A DNA stretch of 62,785 nucleotides, from IMG/VR virus record IMGVR_UViG_3300035128_000038, positions 1 through 62,785 of that record; one strand, given 5' to 3'. Positions 61,865 to 62,785 of the stretch are shown here, in pieces; positions within the stretch are counted from its first letter, which is position 1, and each line of letters starts with the position of its first letter. The stretch comes from a virus (Duplodnaviria > Caudoviricetes). Under the pieces are notes generated by a model. The model was not told the DNA's origin and searched no databases. It saw nothing but the letters and a program-made list of their open reading frames with translations. The translations under genes were made by a program, and so were the position numbers.

Positions 61865-62149
61865 TCATGGCACAATCCCCGCCCGTTGAAGGCGCTTTCT
61901 TGCCCGTTCAAACATCTCCTTATTGCTAAGATACGGACCCTCAATGTTACCTGGCTGACATCCTAAATAATGACCAGTACACCGGATGCAAGCATCGTTC
62001 AAACCGCCATCATTTTTAACGTCAAACCCATACGCTTTACAAAACAGGCATGTCTCCGGACCAATACAAATTTGTTTCTTAATCCACCGTTGCCACTTTT
62101 TCTCAGTGGCCACCGCCAGTAAGATTTCACGCTCGTTTCTCTCGGTCAT
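61865..62149 (-). CDS. Cys-rich hypothetical protein
   Basis: KW...CLFC...CIRC...C. Confidence 0.6.
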   Translation of the reverse strand: MTERNEREILLAVATEKKWQRWIKKQICIGPETCLFCKAYGFDVKNDGGLNDACIRCTGHYLGCQPGNIEGPYLSNKEMFERARKRLQRAGIVP

Positions 62150-62306
62150 ATCTCATCCAGGTCTTCAAGTTTTTGTCTTGCTTTCATAAAATCTTCCAGC
62201 AACACAGGCACATCCTCTTCATCGCTTGCAATAAATCTTTGCTTAACACTTTCATATTCCCGCCACGCCTCCAGCCGCTCTTTTAAATTAGTAATTTCTG
62301 TTGTGC

Positions 62307-62654
62307 TCATATCTTCCCCAGGTCTTTGAGTTCGTTTTCTATTTCCTTATTAATTTCATTGTTAGGAAAGCCCATTCGTTTTAGATATTCCCTTAGAAGT
62401 CCGGCATATCTTTTTTGACACGCCTCAAACTTCTCATTTAGCCATTCAATTTCAATTCTCAGGTCTTTGCAAAGCTCAAGTTGCTCCTCTGTCCACTCCA
62501 GCCGCTCCGCTTGGGCGTCTATCTGGCGCTCATAGCACATTCTGCCCCTGTGATAACCTGGCTCACAATCCATCTTGACCGTCCAACAATCATAGGTTGT
62601 GGCACGAGACTCACCACATATTTCCTCAGCCCCACAAAACGGGCAAACGCTCAT
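62307..62654 (-). CDS. Hypothetical protein (CPFCG plus coiled coil)
   Basis: Its ATG overlaps the stop of the junction-spanning ORF. Confidence 0.6.
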   Translation of the reverse strand: MSVCPFCGAEEICGESRATTYDCWTVKMDCEPGYHRGRMCYERQIDAQAERLEWTEEQLELCKDLRIEIEWLNEKFEACQKRYAGLLREYLKRMGFPNNEINKEIENELKDLGKI

Positions 62655-62785
62655 TTTGGCTTTCTCCTGAGTGGTACTAAGTCCTGCTTTTCATTGGGCC
62701 ATGTACTCATGAGCCTGTCCAGATTATCCCTTATCATTCTCTGCCAGATGTCTTTCCATATTTGATCCATTGCTTTGACCCTCAA

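Larger units (their letters stand above)
1..62785. mobile_element. Complete temperate phage genome in circular/excised form, podovirus-like morphogenesis module
   Basis: Integrase, intact attP, repressor switch, terminase, portal, scaffold, capsid, tail/ejection and lysis genes; no host housekeeping genes; an ORF reads in frame across the 1/62785 junction; no tape measure or sheath gene seen. Confidence 0.92.

Overview
The window looks like a complete, circularly closed 62.8 kb temperate phage genome with a podovirus-type virion module. An ORF cut at base 1 continues in frame into base 62785. An intact attP core (3' half of tRNA-Pro(TGG)) lies next to a tyrosine integrase. The layout is a lambda-like switch at 4.6-6.0 kb (cII-like, cro-like and cI-like genes with four operator-like boxes), a short rightward early operon at 6.0-11.1 kb, and one long leftward run. 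The early operon holds a tandem-repeat protein, a ~220-nt tRNA-like RNA and a PD-(D/E)XK nuclease with its partner. The leftward run goes xis/int, attP, replication genes, then across the junction to resolvase, terminase, portal, scaffold and capsid. It continues through an ~8 kb glycosyl/methyl/sulfotransferase and radical SAM cluster, tail and ejection proteins, a 3951-aa polyvalent protein (transglycosylase, N6-adenine MTase, strawberry-notch helicase), signal-peptide-bearing spike-like proteins and lysis genes. The most notable observations are: (1) the glycan-modification cluster between head and tail genes; (2) a tRNA-mimic RNA with a ~135-nt structured insert in place of the anticodon loop; (3) attP lying inside the lytic operon, so integration would separate the replication genes from their apparent promoter; (4) a gene nested in another frame of the giant ORF; and (5) spike-like proteins with Sec-type signal peptides. 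All product calls come from motifs read by eye; no database searches were run.
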